This document shows, piece by piece, positions 30,038-40,696 of a DNA stretch of 64,000 nucleotides (the stretch's first letter is position 1; each line of letters begins with the position of its first letter). Source of the DNA: Cyanophyceae cyanobacterium (GTDB taxonomy: Bacteria > Cyanobacteriota > Cyanobacteriia > Cyanobacteriales > Laspinemataceae); NCBI GenBank assembly GCA_038321985.1, contig JBBQFN010000004.1, forward strand, positions 192,001-256,000, in the 5' to 3' direction. The notes below the pieces were generated by a model that ran no database searches, was not told where the DNA came from, and saw nothing but the letters and a program-made list of their open reading frames with translations. Both the position numbers and the translations under genes were made by a program.

Positions 30038-31339
30038 TTAAATCGTCCCCTCCTGGTGATGAACTACTTTCCAACTCCGGGGTTGATAAAACAAACACCG
30101 GCTTGATACTTTATTTGATGTAACGGTGAATCTAAACGATTCTATGATATCCAAAGATTTCACCCCAGTTCTGATATAAATTTTGGCACTGTAAGCCCCA
30201 GGGACTAAACCACAGTGCGGGAGGTGCATCTGAATTTCGACTCGTCCGGGAGAGATTTCCAGTAACTCGTTATCACTAGCAGTCGTGAGATACAAAACAT
30301 ATTCGCGATCGCCTCCTAATCCCGTGACCAAAAACCCTAAATTAGCATTATCAAAATAGTCTGATGCTTTACATTCTACCGATAAATAAGCCGGTTCCCC
30401 ACAGCGGAGGGTTTCCAGAATATGTCCCGCTTCATCTTTAAAACAAACCTGGGTAATATCTAACCCCATGCTTTCTTTGTCCGACTTTTCCGGGAGGATC
30501 ATTGCTCCCGTTGCCTTATCGGTGCCACTCAAACAGAGGTCTTCCTCATAGTGCCGAATTACCGCCTCTGTTTCTCCCGAAGTAATCAATTGGCCTTTCT
30601 TCAAATAAATCGAGCGATCGCACACATTTAACAAACTGTGGGAATTATGAGACACTAAAATAAAAGCGGTCCCCGTTTCCCGCAGTTCTGCCAAGCGTCG
30701 ATGACACTTAATTTTAAACTTGACATCTCCGACGGCTAACACTTCATCAATCAGCAAAATATCTGGATTAATATGAGCCGCACAAGCAAATCCTAATCGC
30801 GCTGCCATCCCCGAACTATAGGTTTGAACCGGCGCATCAATGGCATCAGAAATTTCCGCAAACTCCACTACTTCATCAAATCGTTCCTCGATTTCTCGGG
30901 TAGGTAACCCCAAAATTGACATATTTGCATAAATATTTTCTCTCCCGGTTAAAATTGGGTTAAATCCTGCTCCCAAGGCAATTAAAGGCGCAACTCGCCC
31001 TCTAATTTTTACCGAACCTGTATCGGGATGAATTAAGCCACTAATAATTCGTAATAGGGTACTTTTTCCCGCTCCATTTGCTCCCACCAATCCCAAGGCT
31101 TCCCCCCGTCTCAGTTGGAAATGAATATCGCGCAGCGCCCAAAATTCTCCATCTCGTAGTACATCGCTTTTTCGGCCTCCTCCAATTAATTCGGCAGCAA
31201 TATCTCGCACTCCATAAAGCAAAGATTTCTTTAAATTTCGGCAAAATTTCTTAGAAAGGTTATCTACCGAAACCAACAAATCAGAATCATCGGGAGTAGG
31301 AGGGGTAAAATTTTGTTGGGTCAATTCTTCGACTATCAT
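30038..31339 (-). CDS. wzt: Polysaccharide ABC exporter ATP-binding protein with C-terminal Wzt_C domain
   Basis: GANGAGKSTLL, YSSGM, LLIDEVLAVGD; ATG 31339 overlaps the wzm stop (TAATG). Confidence 0.9.
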   Translation of the reverse strand: MIVEELTQQNFTPPTPDDSDLLVSVDNLSKKFCRNLKKSLLYGVRDIAAELIGGGRKSDVLRDGEFWALRDIHFQLRRGEALGLVGANGAGKSTLLRIISGLIHPDTGSVKIRGRVAPLIALGAGFNPILTGRENIYANMSILGLPTREIEERFDEVVEFAEISDAIDAPVQTYSSGMAARLGFACAAHINPDILLIDEVLAVGDVKFKIKCHRRLAELRETGTAFILVSHNSHSLLNVCDRSIYLKKGQLITSGETEAVIRHYEEDLCLSGTDKATGAMILPEKSDKESMGLDITQVCFKDEAGHILETLRCGEPAYLSVECKASDYFDNANLGFLVTGLGGDREYVLYLTTASDNELLEISPGRVEIQMHLPHCGLVPGAYSAKIYIRTGVKSLDIIESFRFTVTSNKVSSRCLFYQPRSWKVVHHQEGTI

Positions 31340-32184
31340 TAGGAACTCACTCTTTCGATTGCAAATGGCAAGGCAATTCGGAATCCCACCCAAGTTACCA
31401 CTAATCCCAGCAAGGTGAACAGGCTGGCAAGCCAAAAACCTGTCTGCTGGGTCAAGATTCCCGTGGTGGCTAACTCTCGCGTGGTGACTAATAACGGGGT
31501 AACGGGATTCAGTTTAACGATCGTCGCAAAGGTTCCCTCGGTGGGAACGGGATAAACCACCGGGGTGATAAATAACCACAATCCCGTAAGCATGGTTAAT
31601 CCTTTGGAAACGTCTTTATATAAAATACCCAGGGGAGCTAATAAAATGCCAAAAAATGTTCCTAGTAAAATTAAATGAATTAAGGCAACTGGCGCTAGAA
31701 TTAGAGTCCAACCCACGGACACCCGAAACACCAAAAATAACGCGCAAATTAAAATCATTTTGATGCCAAAGTTAAACCCGACTTCCCCTAATTTTGCGAG
31801 AATTAATGCTTCGCGGGGAAACTTCACCCGGGCTAGCATGGGTCTAGCATCCGATGAGGCTTGGACGGGACCTTGCAAGGATTCGACAAAGGTTTGCCAA
31901 AGTGCGGTACTAAACATGACATAAGCGGGATAGGGAATATCTGTTGCGCCAATGGAAATGGCTTTAGCATTCCCGGCAAGAGTAAATCCCACTGCCATTG
32001 CGATCGGGGGAATAAATGCCCAAGCAATCCCCAGAAAGGACTGGCGATATTGAGCGCTGATATCTCGAATCATCAGCCGCCACGCCAGCGATCGCGCTGC
32101 TAGCAAATCCCGCCACATTTGTCGAAACATTCGTTTAGGATGTCGGAGTTCGCTTTGGGGAGTATAAATGTATTCGGGCTGCAT
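31339..32184 (-). CDS. wzm: Polysaccharide ABC exporter permease
   Basis: RDISAQYRQSFLGIAW, FITPVVYP, LNPVTP; about six TM segments. Confidence 0.9.
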   Translation of the reverse strand: MQPEYIYTPQSELRHPKRMFRQMWRDLLAARSLAWRLMIRDISAQYRQSFLGIAWAFIPPIAMAVGFTLAGNAKAISIGATDIPYPAYVMFSTALWQTFVESLQGPVQASSDARPMLARVKFPREALILAKLGEVGFNFGIKMILICALFLVFRVSVGWTLILAPVALIHLILLGTFFGILLAPLGILYKDVSKGLTMLTGLWLFITPVVYPVPTEGTFATIVKLNPVTPLLVTTRELATTGILTQQTGFWLASLFTLLGLVVTWVGFRIALPFAIERVSS

Positions 32185-32296
32185 ATTCTTTTACTGACTA
32201 GGCTAACAAAACAAAGGTTTGCAAGAGGAAACACAAAGGCGATTCGCACCCTGAAAAGTCGCTTAATTTCAAGCAATTCAGGGTACAATTAAACCC

Positions 32297-33370
32297 TTAA
32301 GATTGAGATAAAGAGGGGGTTGAGGAGTTTTGCTCCTCCGTTTGAATTGTACTGCTAACGGGTTGTTCCATCTGCATCTGCTCCGATTGCTGTTTGAAGT
32401 AGCGATCGCTCAGGTAACGGTTAAGTAACTTATCCAAAGGACAGAGAATCCGCCGCTCAAAAAAGCCACTTTTAATCCCAAATGTCAACCGTTCACTTAA
32501 CGGCATCAAAATCGACTTTCTGCGCCGCCATCCCATCCGTTTATACTTAATTTGAAAATAAGCATCTTCGTCGAGATTCCATTTATCCCGTAAGCGGTGC
32601 AAGCTATTCAACTGCCACGCATCACTCCAGCGCAGCATATAGAAGGGTAAATCCGTCAATTCTAGGGGAGGACCGGGAACATAGGTAACGAGGGATGCAG
32701 GCTCGAAATAGACGGTTTCTCCAGCTTCTCTAACACTCATGCAGAAGTCCAGATGTTCTTTCGTATTCAGCATCCCTTCATCCAGGGGTCCGAGGCGATC
32801 AAAAATCGAACGGCGTACCAAAACACAATGAAATTCTGCCAGTTCCGTTTCATGTCGCTGGAGTTCGTCTCGTACCTCAGCAACCCGCTTGCCTTGCTTA
32901 TACATTTTTTCCCGCAGTCTGCGCCGGGGACGGTCCCCAGTATTATCAATCCAAATATGCGACTCTCCCCCGGCGAAATGGACGATTTCATGAACGGGTT
33001 TATCTTGCCCCATCAAAGGACCTACAACGGTAGCATTCGTTTCTTCGGCACATTCCACCAACCGTTCCAACCATCCGGGGCTGACAATTACATCGTTATC
33101 GAGGAAGGCAACATATTTAGTTTTAACGTGACTTAATCCAATATTGCGACTGGTATTGGGCGATAAATAGCGATTGATTCTAATTAAGTTAAAACCATGT
33201 AAACGGGATTGTTCTTCTAAATACTCTCGGACTTTATCCGGAGAGTTGCCATCCACATAGACTAATTCAAAGGGAATATCCGTGTATTGATAAATACTTT
33301 CCAGAGATTCGCTGGTGCAACTAAATCGTTCGCGAGGAACAACTACTAGGGTAACTTGGGGTTCAGTCAT
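32297..33370 (-). CDS. GT2 family glycosyltransferase
   Basis: VTLVVVP, YVDGNS, RNIGL, FLDND DxD motif. Confidence 0.85.
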   Translation of the reverse strand: MTEPQVTLVVVPRERFSCTSESLESIYQYTDIPFELVYVDGNSPDKVREYLEEQSRLHGFNLIRINRYLSPNTSRNIGLSHVKTKYVAFLDNDVIVSPGWLERLVECAEETNATVVGPLMGQDKPVHEIVHFAGGESHIWIDNTGDRPRRRLREKMYKQGKRVAEVRDELQRHETELAEFHCVLVRRSIFDRLGPLDEGMLNTKEHLDFCMSVREAGETVYFEPASLVTYVPGPPLELTDLPFYMLRWSDAWQLNSLHRLRDKWNLDEDAYFQIKYKRMGWRRRKSILMPLSERLTFGIKSGFFERRILCPLDKLLNRYLSDRYFKQQSEQMQMEQPVSSTIQTEEQNSSTPSLSQS

Positions 33371-33447
33371 GGTTTATGTCTCCTTGAAATGTACGTTAAA
33401 ACTGGGCTAAATGGGGCAAAATTTTGATAAAAATAAATTCCCGTAGG

Positions 33448-34740
33448 TTATTCGGTTTGAACTGAAATCAACTGAGAGGGTTGGGGCGACTGCACTTTTG
33501 GAATTGAGTTAACTGCCTGGTGATAAACATCCACGAGGAGGTCATTAAGGGGGTTAATATTGTAGTGGGTTTCCACCTCCGTGCGTCCCGCTTGACCCAT
33601 TTGAGCCCACTGTTCCGGATGCTGAATTAGCACCTTTAATTTCTCCGCCAACCCCGGTGCATCTCTTTCCGGAACCAGAAAACCTGAAATTCCATCCCGG
33701 ACTAATTCAGGAATACCTCCATGATAGGTACTCACCACAGGTAACCCGATCGCCATTGCTTCTTTTAAAACATTAATGGGCGCATCGCAGTCGCCATCAG
33801 CAGCGGTGACACTAGGGGCCATAAAAATATGAGAATTTGCCAAAACTTCTTGGATTTCCGGCTGAGTTTTCCATCCGAGTAACTGGATAATAGTGCTAAC
33901 TCCCAGTTCATCAATGAGTTGCTGTAACTTGGATTTTAAAGGACCATCTCCAATAATTTTATACTCCAGATTAGGATACTGGGATGCTAGTTGAGCAACG
34001 GCCCGAATTCCATACTCAATCCCTTTTTTTTCACTGAGTCGTCCTGTAGTGGCAATTCGGATTTTTCCATCCCCAGGAGGACGAGGCGGCGAGAAGGTAA
34101 ATTCCCTCGGTTCCAATCCGGAACGGACGACGGCGAGGCGATTTGGGTCACAGCCAATGCGAATCAATTCGCCCTTAAAATAGTCGCAGTTGGTCATGAA
34201 GAAATCACCGTTTTTAAAAAGGGGTTCATAAACACCGTCGCCCTGTTCGTGCAGATACAGGCTAATATCAAAACCCCGAAATGTTGTCACCAATTTAGCG
34301 GATGGAAAACAGATATCCCGAAAGGTGATTCCCCGTAAACCTAGGTCCCCAAACTGACAGTGAATAATATCGTAAGGTACTTTATCCAGGGTGGGGAGGG
34401 CGACGTGCAGTAACCAAAAGGTCGCCGCTGAGGTGCCATATTTAAAAACGTTGAGCGATCGCAGCACTGCTGCCGGATTTTTGGAGAAGTTCATGGCAAG
34501 TAATTTCCAGCCATTTAACCAACGAACTGCATAATTAGAGCTAATTTCCGGTAAAGGATAGGTGCGATCCAAGAGGTTATATTTTTCTACGTCCGGGTGC
34601 ACCTTTTCTAAATTTTTGGGGATACCTTCCAAGGGGTAAATATCTACTTCATGATTGCGATCCAGCAACCCTGTGATCTGATTGAGGATGAAGGTTTGGG
34701 ATAATACGGGAAAGTGACGGACAATCAACGCAATTCTCAT
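33448..34740 (-). CDS. GT4 family glycosyltransferase (WcaL-like)
   Basis: FPVLSQTFILNQI, GRLSEKKG, LKEAMAIGLPVVSTYHGGIPE. Confidence 0.9.
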   Translation of the reverse strand: MRIALIVRHFPVLSQTFILNQITGLLDRNHEVDIYPLEGIPKNLEKVHPDVEKYNLLDRTYPLPEISSNYAVRWLNGWKLLAMNFSKNPAAVLRSLNVFKYGTSAATFWLLHVALPTLDKVPYDIIHCQFGDLGLRGITFRDICFPSAKLVTTFRGFDISLYLHEQGDGVYEPLFKNGDFFMTNCDYFKGELIRIGCDPNRLAVVRSGLEPREFTFSPPRPPGDGKIRIATTGRLSEKKGIEYGIRAVAQLASQYPNLEYKIIGDGPLKSKLQQLIDELGVSTIIQLLGWKTQPEIQEVLANSHIFMAPSVTAADGDCDAPINVLKEAMAIGLPVVSTYHGGIPELVRDGISGFLVPERDAPGLAEKLKVLIQHPEQWAQMGQAGRTEVETHYNINPLNDLLVDVYHQAVNSIPKVQSPQPSQLISVQTE

Positions 34741-34912
34741 CGTTTTTTCTCATACTGTAACGGTTAAGCTAGATTGGTTTGATTTTTTATAGGCTTCCCT
34801 CTCTTATAGAATTGGGCATGGGAAAAATTTTTTCCGTTAACGGCGAGGATTAGAATAGGGGTTAATCCCAGAATTTTCAGGAATTTGAACAATCATTGGT
34901 GGAAAATAAACG

Positions 34913-35878
34913 TTATCCATTCTCTTTGGATGGGCTGATGTTGCGGTGAACGGAATGGAAAAATTTAATTGCGGGAATATTAGGCATGAATTCCATAAAA
35001 AACAGCTTTATTTTTTCTCCCGCTTTAACGAATTTCATCCACATTAAGAGGGCCATAAACTTTGCTTTATAAGTAAAGTTTTTCGGGCGATTATTATTAC
35101 TAATTTTAAACCAAATTCGTAACGGAGGCTTGAGGTCGGAGAGAACAAACTTGAGGAGTACCAGGGGAAAATAGGGGCGATCGCGGTTTAAATAGTAAGT
35201 TGCTCTTGCCACTCGCGCTACCTTTTTCTGGAGTTTTTTCACCGAATCTCGGGCGGGATGACAAATGACAGCATCGGCAGCATAACTTTGGGCGTAACCC
35301 GCAGCAAAAACTCGCTTTCCCCACTCGCGATCGCCTCCCGATTTCAATGTCGAGTTAAATAACCCCACCCGATCAAAGACGTTCTTATAGGTAAAAACGT
35401 TAGCAGTTGCGGCAAAATTCTCAGTTTTTAGATAAAATTCTTGCTGCAAAAAGAAAAATTGATCGTAGACTTCTGCTGCGGTTGGACGATTGGGATTTTT
35501 AAAAGAAAACTGGATATGACCCCCAACTAATCCACAATTGGGAACCGTTAATAAATGAGATGTTCCTTTCTCTAACCAATCGGCTTCAGGAATGCAATCT
35601 GCATCCGTAAATGCCAGAACTTCACCTTGAGCGTATAGAATTCCCTTATTTCGAGCCGTATAGGAACCCCGGGAAGGTTCTACCAGCATTTTCGCTTGAT
35701 GAAACTGCCGGACTACTGGCTCAATACTTACATCGGAACCATTATCAACCACCAGCACTTCAAAGCGATGCTGGGGATAGGTCTGGTTTTCTAAAGCTGT
35801 TAAACACAGTTGAAGTCGTTCGGCATCATTCCAAACGGGAATGATAATAGAAACAAAGGGTTGAGGTTGCTGATTCAT
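34913..35878 (-). CDS. GT2 family glycosyltransferase
   Basis: VSIIIPVWN, VVDNGS, ARNKG, FTDADC; ATG 35878 preferred as start. Confidence 0.88.
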   Translation of the reverse strand: MNQQPQPFVSIIIPVWNDAERLQLCLTALENQTYPQHRFEVLVVDNGSDVSIEPVVRQFHQAKMLVEPSRGSYTARNKGILYAQGEVLAFTDADCIPEADWLEKGTSHLLTVPNCGLVGGHIQFSFKNPNRPTAAEVYDQFFFLQQEFYLKTENFAATANVFTYKNVFDRVGLFNSTLKSGGDREWGKRVFAAGYAQSYAADAVICHPARDSVKKLQKKVARVARATYYLNRDRPYFPLVLLKFVLSDLKPPLRIWFKISNNNRPKNFTYKAKFMALLMWMKFVKAGEKIKLFFMEFMPNIPAIKFFHSVHRNISPSKENG

Positions 35879-36692
35879 TATTTTTCTCTGTTTAAACAAA
35901 GAAGCGTTAGGATTGGCAAGACTGGCTCCCTTTTGGCAAAATATAAATTCACTCGGGCGATCGCCTGATTTTTCTATCAATCTTCATGGCTGACATCATC
36001 CAGAGGATCAAGGGAAACGCTTTCGGGAGTGGCATAGGAGACAGGTAAAATGTATCTAATACTACTTTTACCTGCTAATTTTAACAATTGACCCCATAAA
36101 TAACACCCTGGTCTCAGTTTTATCTAGTTCAGGGAGCAAACTCATCTATCTAGAGGATGAGTTGGTAAAAGTCTTCATTATTAACCACAAATTAAGAAAG
36201 CATTAATCCCCCACTCTGGTGACTCTTAGCGGTTTAAAGCCTCTGCTAATTTTTACAAAAAATGAACCATTTGGTATCGAAAAAATATTTAGTCCCAACC
36301 CCCATTTTTGGGCAAATTTTTATCGATAATTTCTCTTAACGAAGGGTTAATCAATCCCCAGAACGCGAGAGTTCAAAGTGCTGGCGGTATTTCTGAGACC
36401 CGGGTTTTTTAAACTTTCTGAGGTAGGAAGCCGACGGATTTAAATTATACTTTTGTTACACAGTCAATCTATTAAAAGAGGTAAATTAGGGGTGATTTTT
36501 AAAGCTCCAAAAATCTGTCAACCCCCCTAAGGTAGAGACGGTGCAAGGTCAGTATCCGGTCTACCTTAAATCTTCAGGGGCGATGCTCAAGGAGACTCTG
36601 CCTTGCTTCTAGATATCGATTAAATATTTAATAGCTCCCATCCAGACAGTTACAAACGACTTGTTTTCTTTGGAAAAAGAAAAATAATTAGG

Positions 36693-37100
36693 TTAGGGTT
36701 TATATTCATCTATGGCTCGATTGGCTTCGGCGTCGGCTAGGGCGTTGTCGGCTCTGCGCACGTGTTCGGGGGGGGCGTAGCTTTCAAACTGACTCAGCAG
36801 CAATTTTACTTGGTCATATAAAGGCTTTAATTCAGCTTTTTTGACTTGATATTGTCCGAGGAGTTGTTTGACCATCAGTTCGCTATCCGCCCGGAGTTTT
36901 ACTCGGGTTGCTCCCATTTCTAGGGCAGTTTCTAACCCGAGGATAGCGGCTTGATATTCCGCTTGATTGTTGGTGGTTTCTCCTAGGTATTTACAGACTT
37001 TATTTAAGATATTTCCCTCTTCGTCTAGAAGGACTGCTCCGGCTCCCGCAGGGCCGGGGTTACGTCGAGAGGCACCGTCGGAATAGATTGTGAGATACAT
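36693..37100 (-). CDS. rnhA: Ribonuclease HI family protein
   Basis: YSDGASR.NPGPAGAG, TNNQAEY, DSELMVKQ, HVRR..N..AD. Confidence 0.9.
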   Translation of the reverse strand: MYLTIYSDGASRRNPGPAGAGAVLLDEEGNILNKVCKYLGETTNNQAEYQAAILGLETALEMGATRVKLRADSELMVKQLLGQYQVKKAELKPLYDQVKLLLSQFESYAPPEHVRRADNALADAEANRAIDEYKP

Positions 37101-37212
37101 GAAAAATGACTCCTTTAAGCGGGAATGAGTATTGTACTATAAAATTAAGGGGCGATCGCAAATCTGAGACTGGGAATTAGATTTAAAGGTTGAGATGCGA
37201 TCGCCGGATAAG

Positions 37213-37677
37213 TTAGGGAGATTCAACGAGTAAGGGTCCATGAGGGAGGAATCGGCGATCGCTGCTTACTTTTTTGTTGAGGTTCTGGAAAGAAGTAATG
37301 GGAATTTGTTCGCTTGCGGGTAATTCGCGGAGGTTTTGAACTTCCCAAAAAACAGCCCAAGTGCTTTTATCTAATGGCGCTGAAGCGGGCCGAAAACGCT
37401 TTTCTCCGGGATATCGGCCCCGACGGGAGGGGAGGTGCCCGAGGTAAATTCCCTGCCATACTACGGACATGATCAGGGGTTTCTCGGAGTCGGGATGGGA
37501 GGGATAAATAAATACTTCTACCTCTTCACCCTTTCTAATCTCATCGGCTTCCCGAAATAATTCCCAGGCATCACTACCGAAAGCCACTTTACCCTCAAGA
37601 TCGCAGGTTTCCACCCCGGAAATTAACTGGGGTTCGGAAACCGGTGCCACAATTGCAAATGTTTTAGTGATGGTCAT
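37213..37677 (-). CDS. Hypothetical protein
   Basis: 154-aa ORF with GAGG RBS upstream; family not recognised. Confidence 0.6.
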   Translation of the reverse strand: MTITKTFAIVAPVSEPQLISGVETCDLEGKVAFGSDAWELFREADEIRKGEEVEVFIYPSHPDSEKPLIMSVVWQGIYLGHLPSRRGRYPGEKRFRPASAPLDKSTWAVFWEVQNLRELPASEQIPITSFQNLNKKVSSDRRFLPHGPLLVESP

Positions 37678-37814
37678 TTAATTTCATATCCTCAGAATTT
37701 AAGATTGAAGCATTGTCGCTTTCTAGTCACTCAAATTTTTTCAGTTTCCGTAGCCTGTTATTCAAACGGCTGTATTTTCCGCTAATCTCAGTTTACTGAC
37801 TTTCTAGAAAAACA

Positions 37815-38465
37815 ATGATCTCAGCATTACTTTTTGATTTAGATGGAACCCTATGCAATACTGACCCCACGCACTTTCAAACTTGGTTGGAACTGTTACG
37901 GGACTACGAGATGGAGATTGATACACCCTTTTATCAATCCCGGATTAGTGGACGGCTGAATCAGGCAATTATCCAAGATTTGTTACCGCAACTTTCCCCC
38001 TTTGAGGGAAAGCAGCTTGCCGACGAAAAGGAAGCTCGTTTCCGTAAACTAGCCTTAAAGTTAGAGCGATTAGCGGGGGTTTCCCAAGTTTTAGAATGGT
38101 CTGAGGAACGGGGATTATTGCGATCGCTGGTCACCAATGCTCCCCGGAAAAATGTAGAATTCATGTTAAAAGTGCTGGGGTTAACTGATACGTTTGAGCC
38201 TGTAATTTTAGGCGAAAATTTACCCGCTGCCAAGCCTGATCCGCTGCCTTATCAAATGGCTTTAGAACACTTGGGGCTTTCGGCGTCGGAGGCGATCGCC
38301 TTTGAGGATTCTCCCTCGGGGATTCAGTCTGCGGTTGGGGCCGGTATTTATACGATTGGTATTGCCTCCACACATCCGCCTAATCATCTTAAAGACTTGG
38401 GTGCAGCAATGGCGATTTTTGATTTCACTGATGCGGAACTCTGGAGGTTTTTAGGAACGATTTAG
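37815..38465 (+). CDS. HAD-IA family phosphatase (beta-PGM/CbbY-like)
   Basis: FDLDGTL, VTN, KPDP, FEDSPSG. Confidence 0.88.
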   Translation: MISALLFDLDGTLCNTDPTHFQTWLELLRDYEMEIDTPFYQSRISGRLNQAIIQDLLPQLSPFEGKQLADEKEARFRKLALKLERLAGVSQVLEWSEERGLLRSLVTNAPRKNVEFMLKVLGLTDTFEPVILGENLPAAKPDPLPYQMALEHLGLSASEAIAFEDSPSGIQSAVGAGIYTIGIASTHPPNHLKDLGAAMAIFDFTDAELWRFLGTI

Positions 38466-38718
38466 GTAGCCTTTTCTTAACTAGGGGGTTTGGGTTTGAT
38501 TACATTTTTTTATCTCTCCCAAACCCTGCATCGGTTCCTTCGGATACCATTTAGGCTACTTTTTTTAAAGGCGCTGCTATTGTAAACGAATTTGACGCTT
38601 AAAGGTTCTCTCTTTAGAAAGATGTGTAAATGCCCTGTTTACGGCAATAATAGCGATTGACTTTAGGTGGGACTTCAAGGTTCTATTGCACTCTATTTAA
38701 TAGGTTCTATCAAAACGT

Positions 38719-40554
38719 ATGACGGTTAAACTGGGTTCTAATTATTTGGGGAATGACCGCTGTGATTTTACAGTTTGGGCCCCCATTCCTACAGAAGTGG
38801 CGGTGGTGATTACTGGGGAAGAGAAACAGCGAGCGATCGCGATGGAACAGCAGGAGGAAGGTTACTGGAGGGCTACAGTAGAGGGGATTGCACCGGGTAC
38901 TCAGTATTTCTATCGTTTAGACGGAAACCTGACTAGACCCGACCCCGCTTCCCAGTTCCAACCGGATGGGGTACATGGGGCTTCTGAAGTAGTAGACCCG
39001 AATGCTTTTTCTTGGAACGATCTCAATTGGAGTAACATCCCCCTAGAAGAGTATATCATCTATGAAATTCACATTGGCACGTTTACCCCAGAGGGAACAT
39101 TTGAGGCGGTGATTCCCCGTTTGGGAGTCTTAAAAGATTTAGGAATTAACGCCATTGAAATTATGCCCGTTGCCCAATTTCCGGGCGATCGCAACTGGGG
39201 ATATGATGGTGTTTTTCCCTATGCGGTTCAAAATTCCTATGGAGGACCGAATCAATTTAAAAAACTGATTGATGCCTGTCATCAGCAAGGCATTGCCGTC
39301 GTCCTAGATGTCGTTTATAATCATTTGGGGCCTGAAGGAAATTACCTGCCTGACTTTGGTCCGTATTTTACAAAAAAATATCGGCCCCTTTGGGGAGAAC
39401 CGCTCAATTTTGACGAACAATACAGTGATGAAGTCCGTTATTTTTTCCTAGAAAATGCTATTTATTGGCTGCGAGATTATCACATTGATGCGTTGCGATT
39501 AGATGCAATTCAAGCCATTTTTGAAATGGGAGCACGGCCATTTTTACAACAAATGTCTGAGGCGGTTGCCGAATTATCTCACCAGGAAGGACGGAAATTT
39601 TATTTAACGGCGGAAAGCGATTTAAATGATGTTCGGGTACTGCGTCCGAAAGAGCTAGGAGGCTATGGCATTGATTCTCAGTGGTGTGATGATTTCCATC
39701 ATATCTTACATACCCTACTCACCGGAGAAGATGACCGATACTATCAAGATTTTGGGCAGATTCAACAGTTAGTTAAATCCTTTAAAGAAGGGTTTATTTA
39801 TGATGGAGAATATGCCCCTCATCGCAAAAGACGACATGGAAATTCCGCCAAGGACCAACCTGCTTATCAATTTATTGTTTCTTCTCAAAATCATGACCAA
39901 ATTGGGAACCGCATCGGGGGCGATCGCTTATCGGATTTAATTTCTTTTGAAGGGTTAAAAGTAGCCGCAGCCACGGTTTTGCTTTCTCCCTTTCTGCCTT
40001 TGTTATTTATGGGAGAAGAATACGGCGAGACGGCTCCATTTCTGTATTTTGTGAATCACTCGGACCCGGACCTAATTGAAGCGATTCGCAAAGACAAAGA
40101 AGAAGAATTTAAACAGTTATTAAATTTAGGTACATTTAATAACCCTCAAGACCCTAATACTTTTCATCAGTGCCAACTGAATTGGGAGCAACATCAACAA
40201 GGTCAACACAAGATCCTATGGGACTTTTACCGGCGACTGATTGAACTGCGCCGGACTGTTCCGGCCCTAAAGAATCTGAGCAAAGAGACTCTAGAATCCA
40301 GTTGTCTAGCAGAAGAAAAACTACTTTTTGTTCGGCGATGGACGGAAAATAGCCAAGCCTTTTATATGATTAATTTCAATAAAAGTTTAGTCCAATTTGA
40401 GACAAATATGCCCCCGGGAAATTGGCAGAAAGTCTTAGATTCTTCTGAACAACGCTGGAAAGGTTCAGGTTCCTCTTTACCGGAAGTCATTCAACCGGGA
40501 CAATCGGTGGCGATCGCCCCGCTTACGGTTGCTCTTTATGAAATTTCCGGATAA
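38719..40554 (+). CDS. treZ: Malto-oligosyltrehalose trehalohydrolase
   Basis: FTVWAP, RPDPASQFQPDGVHG, RNWGYDG, DVVYNHLGPEGNY, LRLDA, QNHDQIGNR. Confidence 0.95.
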   Translation: MTVKLGSNYLGNDRCDFTVWAPIPTEVAVVITGEEKQRAIAMEQQEEGYWRATVEGIAPGTQYFYRLDGNLTRPDPASQFQPDGVHGASEVVDPNAFSWNDLNWSNIPLEEYIIYEIHIGTFTPEGTFEAVIPRLGVLKDLGINAIEIMPVAQFPGDRNWGYDGVFPYAVQNSYGGPNQFKKLIDACHQQGIAVVLDVVYNHLGPEGNYLPDFGPYFTKKYRPLWGEPLNFDEQYSDEVRYFFLENAIYWLRDYHIDALRLDAIQAIFEMGARPFLQQMSEAVAELSHQEGRKFYLTAESDLNDVRVLRPKELGGYGIDSQWCDDFHHILHTLLTGEDDRYYQDFGQIQQLVKSFKEGFIYDGEYAPHRKRRHGNSAKDQPAYQFIVSSQNHDQIGNRIGGDRLSDLISFEGLKVAAATVLLSPFLPLLFMGEEYGETAPFLYFVNHSDPDLIEAIRKDKEEEFKQLLNLGTFNNPQDPNTFHQCQLNWEQHQQGQHKILWDFYRRLIELRRTVPALKNLSKETLESSCLAEEKLLFVRRWTENSQAFYMINFNKSLVQFETNMPPGNWQKVLDSSEQRWKGSGSSLPEVIQPGQSVAIAPLTVALYEISG

Positions 40555-40696
40555 AATAAGCGGGTCTAAATTACCCTGAGTTTAATCACCTTTCTGGAGG
40601 AGTGCGAGGGCCTTTACTTTCGCATTCCCTCAATCAAGTTCCCCATATAACGGGGCTGCTTCACGTCTTTTTTATCCACATAAGAAAAAATCAAAA

